A stretch of 64,000 nt of DNA, from the IMG/VR virus record IMGVR_UViG_3300027418_000370; one strand, 5' to 3'. Made by a program: the position numbers and the translations under genes. Positions 45,249 through 55,181 of this stretch are shown piece after piece (positions within the stretch are counted from its first letter, which is position 1; each line of letters begins with the position of its first letter). The notes under the pieces are model-generated. The model did not search any database. It had not been told where the DNA came from and saw only the letters and a program-made list of their open reading frames with translations. Source of the stretch: a virus.

Positions 45249-46684
45249 TAGTATTTGTTGTTGGTTTATATAAATCAGGTACATCTTTAATAGCTTCTAT
45301 GCTAGAGGAGATAGGCTGTGAGAGTATTGTCGATAGGGTAGCTACAACTAAAGGACTTACCAGAGAGTATGACATTAAAGAGTCTTACTTTGTTAATCAA
45401 CTAAACAATAAGATACTAGCCACCTACTCTAATGCAGAGATCTATTTTAAGAATGAAGACCTTCCGGAAGTTATTGATGAGGCTTTCACTACACTCATTA
45501 GGGATTTCTTAGCACAGCTTAAAGGCAGAACAGTCTTTATCAAAGACCCTCGCTTTATTGGCACATTAAAGTATTGGATAGATAATATACCAGAAGGAGA
45601 GCAGTATAAGATTGTCTATGTAGATAGGGAAGATGGATTAGAAAGCTCCTTTAGAATCGATAAATGGTTCAACAATAAGATAGTAGATGGCGATTACAGA
45701 AGAGCAATAGACTCTCTAAAGAGCAACTACTATCAAACCAGAAGCCAATTTAAAGGAATAGAGATTGACTTTGATACTCAGAAAAAGGATCAAGTAAAAC
45801 TAGGTCACCTACTGTATAATTTTATCACTCAGGACTTTGATACAACTTACAAAGTTTACTTTCATAACTACTTCCTACCTTCCAAAGAACTAACTGAACT
45901 GTTTAGTAAACAGACACCAGGTAGTAGTGGAGTATGGAAGAACCTTATTGCTGTAGATGATATCAATCAAGCTGACTATGAAGTAGCTCAAGATAGAACA
46001 GACGGAAAGTATCATGCAAGTAAATTAATCTTCTTTGGAAGAGAGCCAAGACATATATACTTCCATGATATACCTCAAGCAGCATATAACTTTCATCACG
46101 AGAAAGGAAACAGCCATATGCCTCAGACCTGGTGGGTGAATCGAACCTATGATGAGATACTCTCTAATACGTCTACAGATAAGCCTCACCTACTAAGCAT
46201 TATTGACTCCGGTAAGTTAGGAGTAAGCGGACATAATAAGAGAGTTGAAGTAGTTGATAAGCTTCACACTTCCAGTATTGATTTACATATCTACGGAAAG
46301 ACTACTCGCTATACAGATGAGAAGTATTTAGGAGAGCTTCCAGCTAGAGATAAGACAGATGGATTAATTCCTTATCGATTTAATTTAGCTATTGAGAACG
46401 GACAAACAGACTTATACTTCTCAGAGAAGTTCTGCGACCCTGTACTATGTAATACGTTTCCTATCTATGTAGGATGTAAACAGATCGATAGATTCTTTCC
46501 TAAAGGAAGTTACTTCACAATTGATCTAGACAAAGATGTAATCGCTCAAGTAAGAGACATTACAAGCATCCCAGTAGAGCAGTTAGACTACTCAGCTTTA
46601 TTTGAAGCAAAGGATTTGATACTAAACAAATATAACATCTGGGATACTATCCACAGAGTCATTCATACAGGTAAGACATTATGA
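45245..46684 (+). CDS. Sulfotransferase-like domain fused to GT10 (fucosyltransferase-like) domain
   Basis: GLYKSGTS, IKDPR; YRFNLAIENG...YFSEK...FPIYVG. Confidence 0.75.
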   Translation: MIVFVVGLYKSGTSLIASMLEEIGCESIVDRVATTKGLTREYDIKESYFVNQLNNKILATYSNAEIYFKNEDLPEVIDEAFTTLIRDFLAQLKGRTVFIKDPRFIGTLKYWIDNIPEGEQYKIVYVDREDGLESSFRIDKWFNNKIVDGDYRRAIDSLKSNYYQTRSQFKGIEIDFDTQKKDQVKLGHLLYNFITQDFDTTYKVYFHNYFLPSKELTELFSKQTPGSSGVWKNLIAVDDINQADYEVAQDRTDGKYHASKLIFFGREPRHIYFHDIPQAAYNFHHEKGNSHMPQTWWVNRTYDEILSNTSTDKPHLLSIIDSGKLGVSGHNKRVEVVDKLHTSSIDLHIYGKTTRYTDEKYLGELPARDKTDGLIPYRFNLAIENGQTDLYFSEKFCDPVLCNTFPIYVGCKQIDRFFPKGSYFTIDLDKDVIAQVRDITSIPVEQLDYSALFEAKDLILNKYNIWDTIHRVIHTGKTL

Positions 46685-47565
46685 AGTATATTCAGTCAGC
46701 ACCTATACACTTCACAGACCCAGACGCAGGTCGAAGTAGCTCAGGACATAAGTTCCATAATTGGATTACAGGACTATACCTCAGTAAGTTATTTGACTTA
46801 GAGTACGTGTACAGTCCTTTTACAGAAGATGCAGAGAGGTATGAAGCATTCCTAAACCTACATACTGCTTATCGTTCAACTGATCAGATTAGTAACACAT
46901 CAGTTGTTGAGTTAGGTACTCCTGAGCTATGCCATAACGATGAACTAGATCACATACACTACTATCAAAGTATAGAACGTATAAGAGAAGTAATAGAGAG
47001 TAGTTCAGATGAAACATTATTTAAGTTAGGGCATAATCCATTTCCTGGATTACTTACTCAGTACTACTCTAAGGTAGTAGAAGAGCTTCAGCAAGCATAC
47101 TGGAGCTTGGATAGAGGTATTGACTTGAAGTACGATAGCAGTAAAGTATCTATCGCTATTCATATTCGTAGAGGAGATATTAATGCAAGTAAGAACCCAG
47201 ACCGATGGTTGGATCTAGATTACTACGCCGGCATTATCGATAAGTTTAACTCAGAGCTAGGATTGGAACTATTAGACATTCATATCTTCTCTGAAGGACA
47301 GCCTGAAGATTTTAAAGTACTTGTAAGAGAGAATGTAACACTACAGCTTGGAGGCTCTGATCTAGAAGCATTTCACCATATGTGTGCTGCAGATATACTC
47401 ATCACAGGTCAGAGTAGCTTCTCTATAATGGCAAGCTATTTTAACAGAGGTACAATCATCTGTACGCCTTTGAAGAACCTCATGTACAAGTGGGAAGATG
47501 CTCAACGGATGCATATTGATAGAATAGATTTTAATTCTTTAAGAAGAAGTTTCAATGTTAGATAA
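46681..47565 (+). CDS. GT11/GT23-like fucosyltransferase-family protein
   Basis: IAIHIRRGD, FSE, SSFS. Confidence 0.75.
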   Translation: MKYIQSAPIHFTDPDAGRSSSGHKFHNWITGLYLSKLFDLEYVYSPFTEDAERYEAFLNLHTAYRSTDQISNTSVVELGTPELCHNDELDHIHYYQSIERIREVIESSSDETLFKLGHNPFPGLLTQYYSKVVEELQQAYWSLDRGIDLKYDSSKVSIAIHIRRGDINASKNPDRWLDLDYYAGIIDKFNSELGLELLDIHIFSEGQPEDFKVLVRENVTLQLGGSDLEAFHHMCAADILITGQSSFSIMASYFNRGTIICTPLKNLMYKWEDAQRMHIDRIDFNSLRRSFNVR

Positions 47566-48088
47566 GAGTTTTGTATTAGATTACTTCCCTCCACAAAGCA
47601 GAGGAGTAGAGATTGGAGTATGGAAAGGAGAGTTCTCTAAAACTATTAACAGTAAAATCTCTCCAGCAGTACTCTACTTATGTGACCCTTGGCTGTTTAC
47701 ACCTCAGCATCCAGATAGATGGTACGGAGGAACTCAAGCTACCTCACAGGAAGATATGGATGGCATCTACAACGATGTAGTAGGAATGTTTAGGAGCAGT
47801 CCAAATGTACAGGTGATAAGAGACCTTAGCACAAACTTACTAAGTCATATTGAACCTAATAGCTTAGATTGGACATACATAGATGGTGACCATAGTTACG
47901 AAGCTGTGCTAGAAGATCTTAATATGAGCTACCAGTTAGTTAAATCAGGAGGGTACATAACCGGAGATGATTTTGATAACGGTAACGATATTCATCGAGC
48001 GTTAGATCAGTTCGTGAATGAACATAAAGACCAAATTAAATCAGGTTTAGTACAAAATAGACAATTCATTTTAAAAATAGAGAAATAA
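47555..48088 (+). CDS. Class I SAM methyltransferase (Methyltransf_24-like)
   Basis: VEIGVWKG, YIDGDHSYE, GG...GDD. Confidence 0.88.
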   Translation: MLDKSFVLDYFPPQSRGVEIGVWKGEFSKTINSKISPAVLYLCDPWLFTPQHPDRWYGGTQATSQEDMDGIYNDVVGMFRSSPNVQVIRDLSTNLLSHIEPNSLDWTYIDGDHSYEAVLEDLNMSYQLVKSGGYITGDDFDNGNDIHRALDQFVNEHKDQIKSGLVQNRQFILKIEK

Positions 48089-48627
48089 TGTTAAAGTTAA
48101 ATTTAGGTTGCGGCTGGAGAGACTTTGGACCTGATTGGGTTCATATTGATGGAGGAGATTATCCTCATCTTAATTCTAAAGACATTGTTAACCTCCCGTA
48201 TGAAGACAACTCCGTAGACCTTATCTACGCTAGTCACGTTCTTGAGTACTTTGATAGAGAAGAAGCTAAAGAGCTTCTAACCAAATGGCATAGTAAACTA
48301 AAACCAGGAGGTGTAATTAGATTAGCTGTACCTAACTTTGAGGCAATGGTTAAGCTATACCTTGAAAAAGGATATCCACTATCCAAGTTCTTAGGACCTC
48401 TGTACGGAAAGATGCCTATGGGTGAACAAACAATCTACCATAAGACAACTTATGACTTCCAGGAGTTGGAATCCTTATTAAAAGTTCTTACATTTAGTAA
48501 TATAGAAACGTACGACTGGGAAGATACAGAGCATGCTCTATTCGATGATCACTCTCAGGCATACATTCCTCATATGGATAAAGTAAACGGAACACTAATC
48601 AGTTTAAACATACAAGCTACAAAATGA
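48088..48627 (+). CDS. Class I SAM methyltransferase (Methyltransf_11-like)
   Basis: LNLGCG, SHVLE, LKPGG...VP. Confidence 0.85.
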   Translation: MLKLNLGCGWRDFGPDWVHIDGGDYPHLNSKDIVNLPYEDNSVDLIYASHVLEYFDREEAKELLTKWHSKLKPGGVIRLAVPNFEAMVKLYLEKGYPLSKFLGPLYGKMPMGEQTIYHKTTYDFQELESLLKVLTFSNIETYDWEDTEHALFDDHSQAYIPHMDKVNGTLISLNIQATK

Positions 48628-49214
48628 GCTTTGAAGTAGTAACACAGTTTGAGAATAAGGTAGCAGAGTTCTTCGGTGCACCTTATGCTATCGCTGTTGA
48701 TAGCTGTACCCATGGTATTGAATTAGCTCTCCGTTATACAGAGGTTGATCATATTAGAGTACCTCAGCGTACTTACCTCTCTATTCCATTCTTAGCCAAC
48801 AAACTCAACATAGACCTTTTCTGGAAAGATGAGCAATGGCAGGACTATTACTACGTAACCGATAGGGTAATCGACGCCGCAGTACTATGGAAGCTAGGAA
48901 GTTATATACCAGGAACGTTTATGGGAGTAAGCTTCCAATACCAGAAGCATTTGTCTTTAGGTAGAGGAGGTATACTTTTAACAGACGACAAAGAAGCTGC
49001 TACAACGATTAAGAAGATGTCCTATGATGGACGTATACCAAACACTCCTTGGAGAGATCAGAACATTGATACAGTTGGTTACCATTACTACATGACACCT
49101 GAAGTAGCTCAGAAAGGATTAGATAAATTACCGGAAGCAACTACTACCGCTCCTCGTCAATGGGTAGTAACAGATTGGCCGGACTTAACACAAATGGATA
49201 TATTTAAAAAGTAA
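48624..49214 (+). CDS. Short DegT/DnrJ-family sugar aminotransferase
   Basis: FE..VA...A.DSCT, DAA, SFQYQKHL..GRGG; only 196 aa. Confidence 0.8.
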   Translation: MSFEVVTQFENKVAEFFGAPYAIAVDSCTHGIELALRYTEVDHIRVPQRTYLSIPFLANKLNIDLFWKDEQWQDYYYVTDRVIDAAVLWKLGSYIPGTFMGVSFQYQKHLSLGRGGILLTDDKEAATTIKKMSYDGRIPNTPWRDQNIDTVGYHYYMTPEVAQKGLDKLPEATTTAPRQWVVTDWPDLTQMDIFKK

Positions 49215-49216
49215 TT

Positions 49217-50185
49217 ATGAAGAAAGCTTTCATTACAGGTATTGCCGGACAAGATGGCTCATACCTTGCAGAGTATTTAGTAAGCTTAGGTTATGAAGTT
49301 CACGGTATTGTTCGTCGTAACTCTACTCCTGAACATCAAGAGTCTAGAATTAATCACTTAGAAGGAAAGGTTACTACCTACTACGGAGACCTTTTAGATC
49401 AAAGTAGCCTGGAGAAGCTCTTAAGAGATATTCAACCTGATGAAGTATATAACATTGCAGCACAGTCGCATGTACGTATTTCATATGAGATTCCTCAGTT
49501 CACAGTAATGACAAATGCTTTAGGTGTAGTTAATATCCTTGAAGCAGTTCGTAACAATTGTCCTAATGCTAAGTTCTATCAAGCATCCTCTTCAGAGATG
49601 TTCGGTAGCTCAGTCGATGAAGATGGATACCAGAGAGAGACTACTAAGATGACTCCTGTATCACCTTACGGCTGTACTAAAGTGTTTGGTTATAATATCG
49701 TACGTAACTATCGCAATGCATACAACATGCATGCCTCAAATGGTATCCTATTCAATCACGAATCACCTCGTAGAGGTTCTAATTTTGTAACTAACAAAGT
49801 AGTTAAGGCAACCGTTCGTATTAAGTTAGGCTTGCAGGATAAGCTTGAGCTAGGTAATATGGACGCATATCGTGATTGGGGACACTCTAAGGATTATGTC
49901 CGTGCAATGCATCTAATCGTTCAGCAAGAAGAGCCAGGTGACTGGGTAGTTGCTACAGGAGTTACTCATTCAGTAAGAGAGATGTGCGAGTATGTATTTG
50001 GTAAGCTAGGACTAGACTACAACCAGTATGTAGTACAGAATCAAAAGTTCTTACGTCCGGAAGAGCTAAAGTATCTGAAAGGAGACTCTAGTCAGATCCG
50101 TTCACTAGGATGGGAGCCTGAGTATACATTTGAAACGTTGATGGACGAAATGATCGAGCATTGGTTCGATATCTATAGCAAATGA
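49217..50185 (+). CDS. gmd: GDP-mannose 4,6-dehydratase
   Basis: TGIAGQDGSYL, AQSHV, QASSSE, SPYGCTK, FNHESPRRG, RDWGH. Confidence 0.96.
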   Translation: MKKAFITGIAGQDGSYLAEYLVSLGYEVHGIVRRNSTPEHQESRINHLEGKVTTYYGDLLDQSSLEKLLRDIQPDEVYNIAAQSHVRISYEIPQFTVMTNALGVVNILEAVRNNCPNAKFYQASSSEMFGSSVDEDGYQRETTKMTPVSPYGCTKVFGYNIVRNYRNAYNMHASNGILFNHESPRRGSNFVTNKVVKATVRIKLGLQDKLELGNMDAYRDWGHSKDYVRAMHLIVQQEEPGDWVVATGVTHSVREMCEYVFGKLGLDYNQYVVQNQKFLRPEELKYLKGDSSQIRSLGWEPEYTFETLMDEMIEHWFDIYSK

Positions 50186-51093
50186 GAATAGCGTTCTTTA
50201 CTGAGATGAACTTTAACGGGAAGATTCCTCGTACGCATACAAACATGCGTACAGAGTTTGCCTGGATGGTAGCAATGAATGCAGACCATTATAACTTCAC
50301 TCAAGTACCTGAACAGGAGTATGATCTAGGAATTGTTATTAATTCTAAGAACCATCCAGATAAAGTAAACGTACCTGCTTTAAAGACTAAATGTAAGAAG
50401 GTAGGCATCATGCAGGAGGGTCCCTTCTGGTACTTTCAAGACTATCCTCTAGCCAATCAGGTGCACTACTTTAATAACTTAATGGCTGCCGATATCATTT
50501 ACGTACACAATCAACAGGATAGTAAATATTATCAAGGGCTAACTAACCATCCTGATGTAAGAGTTTTACAATCGTTAATGATTGAAGACCCAATCGGAGC
50601 TATTACTCCTCCGGAAGAAAGAACAGGAGTGATGATAGGAGGCAACTTCAAGAGCTGGTACGGAGGCTTTGATTCATTTATGTTAGCTAAAAGCATTACA
50701 GATGAAATATACTCTCCTCAGATGGGTAGACGTCAAGAAGGAGAAGAGCAGTTAGGAATTACTCAACTGCCTTATCTAGAATGGAACCAATGGATATCAG
50801 AATTGAGTAAGAGAAAGATAGGTATTCATATGATGAGGACTCATGCTGCAGGAACCTTTGCTCTTAACTGTGCCTACTTAGGCATTCCTTGTATAGGGTA
50901 TGGAGGACTAGACACTCAATACACTCTGCATCCTGAGCTAACTGTTGAGGATGGAGATCTAGCTACAGCCCGAAAGCTAGTAGGACTACTTCATAACGAT
51001 GAGAGCTTTTATAATCAATGCAGTCAACGCGCTAGAACTCTCTATGAAACATATTATACAGAACAATCATTTAAACATATGTACCTGTCATGA
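50182..51093 (+). CDS. GT-B-like glycosyltransferase
   Basis: GTFALNCAYLGIPCIG C-terminal motif; cluster context. Confidence 0.6.
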   Translation: MRIAFFTEMNFNGKIPRTHTNMRTEFAWMVAMNADHYNFTQVPEQEYDLGIVINSKNHPDKVNVPALKTKCKKVGIMQEGPFWYFQDYPLANQVHYFNNLMAADIIYVHNQQDSKYYQGLTNHPDVRVLQSLMIEDPIGAITPPEERTGVMIGGNFKSWYGGFDSFMLAKSITDEIYSPQMGRRQEGEEQLGITQLPYLEWNQWISELSKRKIGIHMMRTHAAGTFALNCAYLGIPCIGYGGLDTQYTLHPELTVEDGDLATARKLVGLLHNDESFYNQCSQRARTLYETYYTEQSFKHMYLS

Positions 51094-51659
51094 ACGGAGC
51101 ATGGATGCACGATAGAGAAAGAGAGCTAATAGAGAAGCACCTAACAATCGACTCAGTAATGTTTGAGTGGGGATCAGGAGGAAGCACTCAATACTTCTCT
51201 CAACTCGTTAAAAGAATTTATTCAGTAGAGAATAATCAGCAATGGTACAATAAGGTATCTGAGATGCTATCACAGCAGAAGGTAGACAATGCTACACTCT
51301 ACTTCATTGCCGGAGAGCCAAGCAGTAACTTCTACCATCAATCTACATACGAAGACTATGCAGAGTATATTAATGCAATTGAGTTGCCAAAGGAACAGTT
51401 TGATTTAATACTGGTCGATGGTAGAGCAAGAAGACTGTGTACATACAAAGCTCTGAGCTTCTTAAAAGAAGACGGAGTGTTAGTCATTCACGATTGGTGT
51501 GAGCGTTCTCCTTACTGGTGTGTATTAGATTACTACGATGTAATTGAGAAGATTGATGATACTCCTCAGACGATTGCAATATTTAAACCTAAACCAAACT
51601 GGAAAGAGATCAAAGGTTATGATCTGAATCTAGGAACATTTGAAAGAATAGAAGGATGA
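51090..51659 (+). CDS. Class I SAM methyltransferase
   Basis: FEWGSGGST, SVE, FDLILVDGR. Confidence 0.82.
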   Translation: MNGAWMHDRERELIEKHLTIDSVMFEWGSGGSTQYFSQLVKRIYSVENNQQWYNKVSEMLSQQKVDNATLYFIAGEPSSNFYHQSTYEDYAEYINAIELPKEQFDLILVDGRARRLCTYKALSFLKEDGVLVIHDWCERSPYWCVLDYYDVIEKIDDTPQTIAIFKPKPNWKEIKGYDLNLGTFERIEG

Positions 51660-52828
51660 AAATAAGTTTCATACAACCCTCAAGAAATAATCTCAAGTAC
51701 CTAAAATGGTCCTATGAAGCTATTAGAAAGAATCAAGGTAACCATGAAGTAGAGGTCTGTGTAGCAGATGACTTTAGTAGCGACGGTACCTGGGAGTGGT
51801 GTCAGGAGAGAATGGAGAAGGATCCTCACTTCAAGGCCATCCGTAATGAAGGTCCTACTCGTCTAGGTCATACAATACTTTACGACCGATTGGTTAATGA
51901 AGTAGCTACAGCAGACGTTGCTATGATCTATCATGCCGATATGTATCTTTGTCCTCAAGCCATCGATGCTATCGAAAAGTATATTGAGCCTAGAAAGATT
52001 GTATCACTGACTCGTATCGAACCTCCTCTACATCCGGACGGACCTGAGAAGGTCTTGCGTAACTTTGGAACAGAGCCAGAAGACTTTCCTGAGGATGAAT
52101 TCCTAGTCTGGGTTAGTAAACATATTGATTCAGTTAGGGACCAAACAACGGAAGGTATCTTTGCACCTTGGGCATTCTACAGAGAGGACTTCCAGAAGAT
52201 TGGAGGACATGATCCTCTATACGCTCCTCAGTCAAAAGAAGACTCAGACATCTTCAACCGATTCCTCTTAGACGGAATAGAATTTATTCAAACCTGGGAG
52301 GGATGTGTCTACCATATGACCTGTAGAGGTTCTAGATACAATCCTACCATCACAACAGTAGGTAAAGAGTCTGATGAATGGTTGAAGCAGAATGAGAGAA
52401 GCACTCGTAACTTTATTCGTAAGTGGGGACACTTTGTAAAGCATGATACTTTAATGAAGCCAATTGTTTCGCCAAAGTACGATATCAATCTTAGAATAAG
52501 TAACTGTACTGAAGCATTGCTAAGAGTATTAGAGCCCTGGTGTAATACAATCTACACTGACCTGTTACAGGAAAAGGTTGATAGTTATATTCAACAAGAG
52601 CAACCAAACACTGCTTACGATTTGACAAAGAGAATTGTAAATAGCCATACATCCGACATCGTTGTACGTTTAGACGGTAAGACGTTTAACTCTGAAGACT
52701 TTCAGTACATTCAGATGCTTCCAGACATTTTAAAAGAAAACCAAGCTATTGGTAAGTTCCAGTTAGGTAATATGGAACTCACTGTTGAACGTTTGGTTGA
52801 GTATCAAGATCAATTAATTAATTTATAG
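51656..52828 (+). CDS. GT2 glycosyltransferase
   Basis: ADDFSSDGT, HADM, IGGHD...EDSD, YH. Confidence 0.88.
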   Translation: MKISFIQPSRNNLKYLKWSYEAIRKNQGNHEVEVCVADDFSSDGTWEWCQERMEKDPHFKAIRNEGPTRLGHTILYDRLVNEVATADVAMIYHADMYLCPQAIDAIEKYIEPRKIVSLTRIEPPLHPDGPEKVLRNFGTEPEDFPEDEFLVWVSKHIDSVRDQTTEGIFAPWAFYREDFQKIGGHDPLYAPQSKEDSDIFNRFLLDGIEFIQTWEGCVYHMTCRGSRYNPTITTVGKESDEWLKQNERSTRNFIRKWGHFVKHDTLMKPIVSPKYDINLRISNCTEALLRVLEPWCNTIYTDLLQEKVDSYIQQEQPNTAYDLTKRIVNSHTSDIVVRLDGKTFNSEDFQYIQMLPDILKENQAIGKFQLGNMELTVERLVEYQDQLINL

Positions 52829-52991
52829 ACATGGGTAAAGTTCATCTCCAGGATTTGGACAAGTACGCAGAGGAAGCTGAGACATATCAGCCAATCAAGA
52901 CTAACAAGAAGAAAAAACCAACTCCTATTTATAATAAAGATTTTCCGGAGCAGTTGGAGAATTAGGATTACGTTCGTATATTTAGATCAAT

Positions 52992-53330
52992 ATGAAAAGA
53001 GAAGAACTACTTAATGAGATCACTAACGTCATCTCTGAAGCTACCAAAGTAAACTATCAAGGACATAAGTTCGTCCTTCGAGTAGATGTTAACGAAGATC
53101 CTAACAAGAAAGGTATCAAGGTTCAATTCCTACCTACTACCTTCGGAGCATTATCACCAACCGAGCAGAATGATATCGCTATGGCTCTGGGAGATAAATT
53201 AGATGCTGGATTAGGACAGTATGGTATGCGAGTAGAGAGAGATCGTAACTTAAAAGATAAGAGCATCATTGGCTTCTTTATCTATATTGAGTACCTCGAT
53301 AAGATTATCAGACAAGCATTGCAATCCTAA
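52992..53330 (+). CDS. Hypothetical protein
   Basis: Preceded by both promoter types; N-terminus ...LLNE...ISE. Confidence 0.7.
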   Translation: MKREELLNEITNVISEATKVNYQGHKFVLRVDVNEDPNKKGIKVQFLPTTFGALSPTEQNDIAMALGDKLDAGLGQYGMRVERDRNLKDKSIIGFFIYIEYLDKIIRQALQS

Positions 53331-53343
53331 AAATCACTTACAT

Positions 53344-53897
53344 ATGAAAAGGTTCTCGTTTTACAGCCGGGTTGATAAGAGCCAGGAGGCTATTTCTACG
53401 GTCATTGCTAGCAGCCGACTTAGTGCTGCTAAGAAGTTTGCACAAACAAAACAGTTGCCTCTGAAAGCTTTTCTTCGTATATTTGGCATCAGTAAATGAA
53501 TGAGAAAGATTTAATACGAGCACAGATTAAGAAGTTCCTACGCCTTCGGTATAGGATCAGAGAACGACCTGTGTCAAAAGAGCAGATGGATAAACAACTA
53601 TTCATAGAGTCTATCGGTATACTCAAAGAAATAAATGACCGTAATGACTTCCTAGCAACTGAGATAGGAATTGATACTACTTCATTTGAGGATAAGTTCT
53701 TCAGGGTGATTGAAAACCTAATGAGGATTGCTTTTAATAAGCAGCAAATCTTCTTAGTGCAGATGTACCTTAATGATATTCCGGAAGTGGATGATGACTG
53801 GGACGGAACGATAACTGTCCAGGTAGGAAAGAAAGAAGAGAAAGTCAATTTTAAAACTCCAGAAGATGTCTGGAACGCTATTCAAAAATTCAACTAA
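53344..53897 (+). CDS. Two hypothetical ORFs (53344-53499, 53496-53897)
   Basis: Coupled ORFs. Confidence 0.6.
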
Positions 53898-53898
53898 T

Positions 53899-54270
53899 AT
53901 GGAAAAAAGGTTTTGTAAAGTATGCGGGGAGGTAATCAATCCGTTACGAGTTAAGGCGCTGCCTAATGCAGTGACTTGTGTTGAGCATTCTAATACTGCT
54001 CCTAAGCGTGGACGTATTCTAACTCTAGGAGAAGGAGATCATACCTACAACGAGATTGAAATCTTAGAAGAGGATGTCTACAAGTATGTTACTGCTATCG
54101 AATTTGGTGAGCGTTCTCCTCTAGATGAGATGCCTGAACTTCAGGACTATAGTGCAACATCTTTAGCCGACCATACAGGCAGCTTAAAAGAACGAGCAGT
54201 GCGCTACGTTGATCATGATGAAGAAGAAGGCTTTGTACTTCCAGATGACTACGATGAGCGAGAAGACTAA
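53899..54270 (+). CDS. DksA/TraR-type zinc-finger protein
   Basis: CKVCGEVINPLRVKALPNAVTCVEH. Confidence 0.8.
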   Translation: MEKRFCKVCGEVINPLRVKALPNAVTCVEHSNTAPKRGRILTLGEGDHTYNEIEILEEDVYKYVTAIEFGERSPLDEMPELQDYSATSLADHTGSLKERAVRYVDHDEEEGFVLPDDYDERED

Positions 54271-54338
54271 CCTGATTGAAGACGAGCATTGGGATTACTA
54301 TTCCGGCTTACCTAATCCTAAATGGTACGAAAAAGATA

Positions 54339-54992
54339 ATGAGCAAGAAACAGAGAGGACGTCCTAGAAAGATTCTCACCAGAGAGGATATCGAACGAGC
54401 AATCCGGATGACTAAATCCAATAAGGCTGCTGCTAGATACCTTCATGTTTCTTTTCCTCATTACAAGACTTATGCTAGACTGTTTACAACCGAAGACGGA
54501 GTAACTCTTTACGATACCCATCTCAATCAGGCAGGCAAAGGCATTCCTAAGTTCCTTTCCAGCACAGGCAAAGAACCGCCTCTGGAAGGGCTCATCAACG
54601 GTACAGTTCCGGTTGAGCATTTCAAGCCTGAGAAGATCAAACAGAAACTCTTTGCGGAGGGTTACTTGAAGGAAGAATGTAAGCAATGTGGCTTTAATGA
54701 AGCTAGGCTCTTTGACAACAAAGTACCTTTGATATTAAATTTCAAAGATAAGAACCGTCACAATTATAATCTGGACAACATTGAGATGTTATGCTACAAT
54801 TGTTCTTTCTTATATGGAGCCGCTCCTATGACTGATGAGCAGGTAGCACAGATGGAAAGTTACATTGAGAAGAATGGAGTACAGGAGCATGATTGGGAAT
54901 TAGATCAAGCGCACATCGACCATTTAAAAGAGCTAGGGTTGTGGGAAGATACTAACCAACGTCCAGGAGACGAATTCATTTCTAGAATATGA
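54339..54992 (+). CDS. HTH plus degenerate HNH-like protein
   Basis: AT-hook RGRP, AARYL HTH; CKQCG...LNFKDKNRHNYNLDNIEMLCYNC. Confidence 0.7.
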   Translation: MSKKQRGRPRKILTREDIERAIRMTKSNKAAARYLHVSFPHYKTYARLFTTEDGVTLYDTHLNQAGKGIPKFLSSTGKEPPLEGLINGTVPVEHFKPEKIKQKLFAEGYLKEECKQCGFNEARLFDNKVPLILNFKDKNRHNYNLDNIEMLCYNCSFLYGAAPMTDEQVAQMESYIEKNGVQEHDWELDQAHIDHLKELGLWEDTNQRPGDEFISRI

Positions 54993-55181
54993 AAAAGGTA
55001 CCACGTAAGCGTCAACGTCCTCAATTAGATCAGGAAAAAAATAAGCAATACCTTCTAAAGAAGCATGCTGATAAACTTCTTGAGCAAGATAGACATAATA
55101 ATAAACTTCGGGAAAAGTTGCTTGACAAAGATATTTTCACTATCTTTAACGACGAAGAAGAATAAGAAAGGAATAAAGGTT

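Noticed and set aside
26784-52828. Host chromosomal contamination or prophage boundary
   Set aside because: The cellular-looking genes carry the same phage promoter motifs and codon style and are interleaved with lysis and phage nuclease genes; no integrase or att site seen
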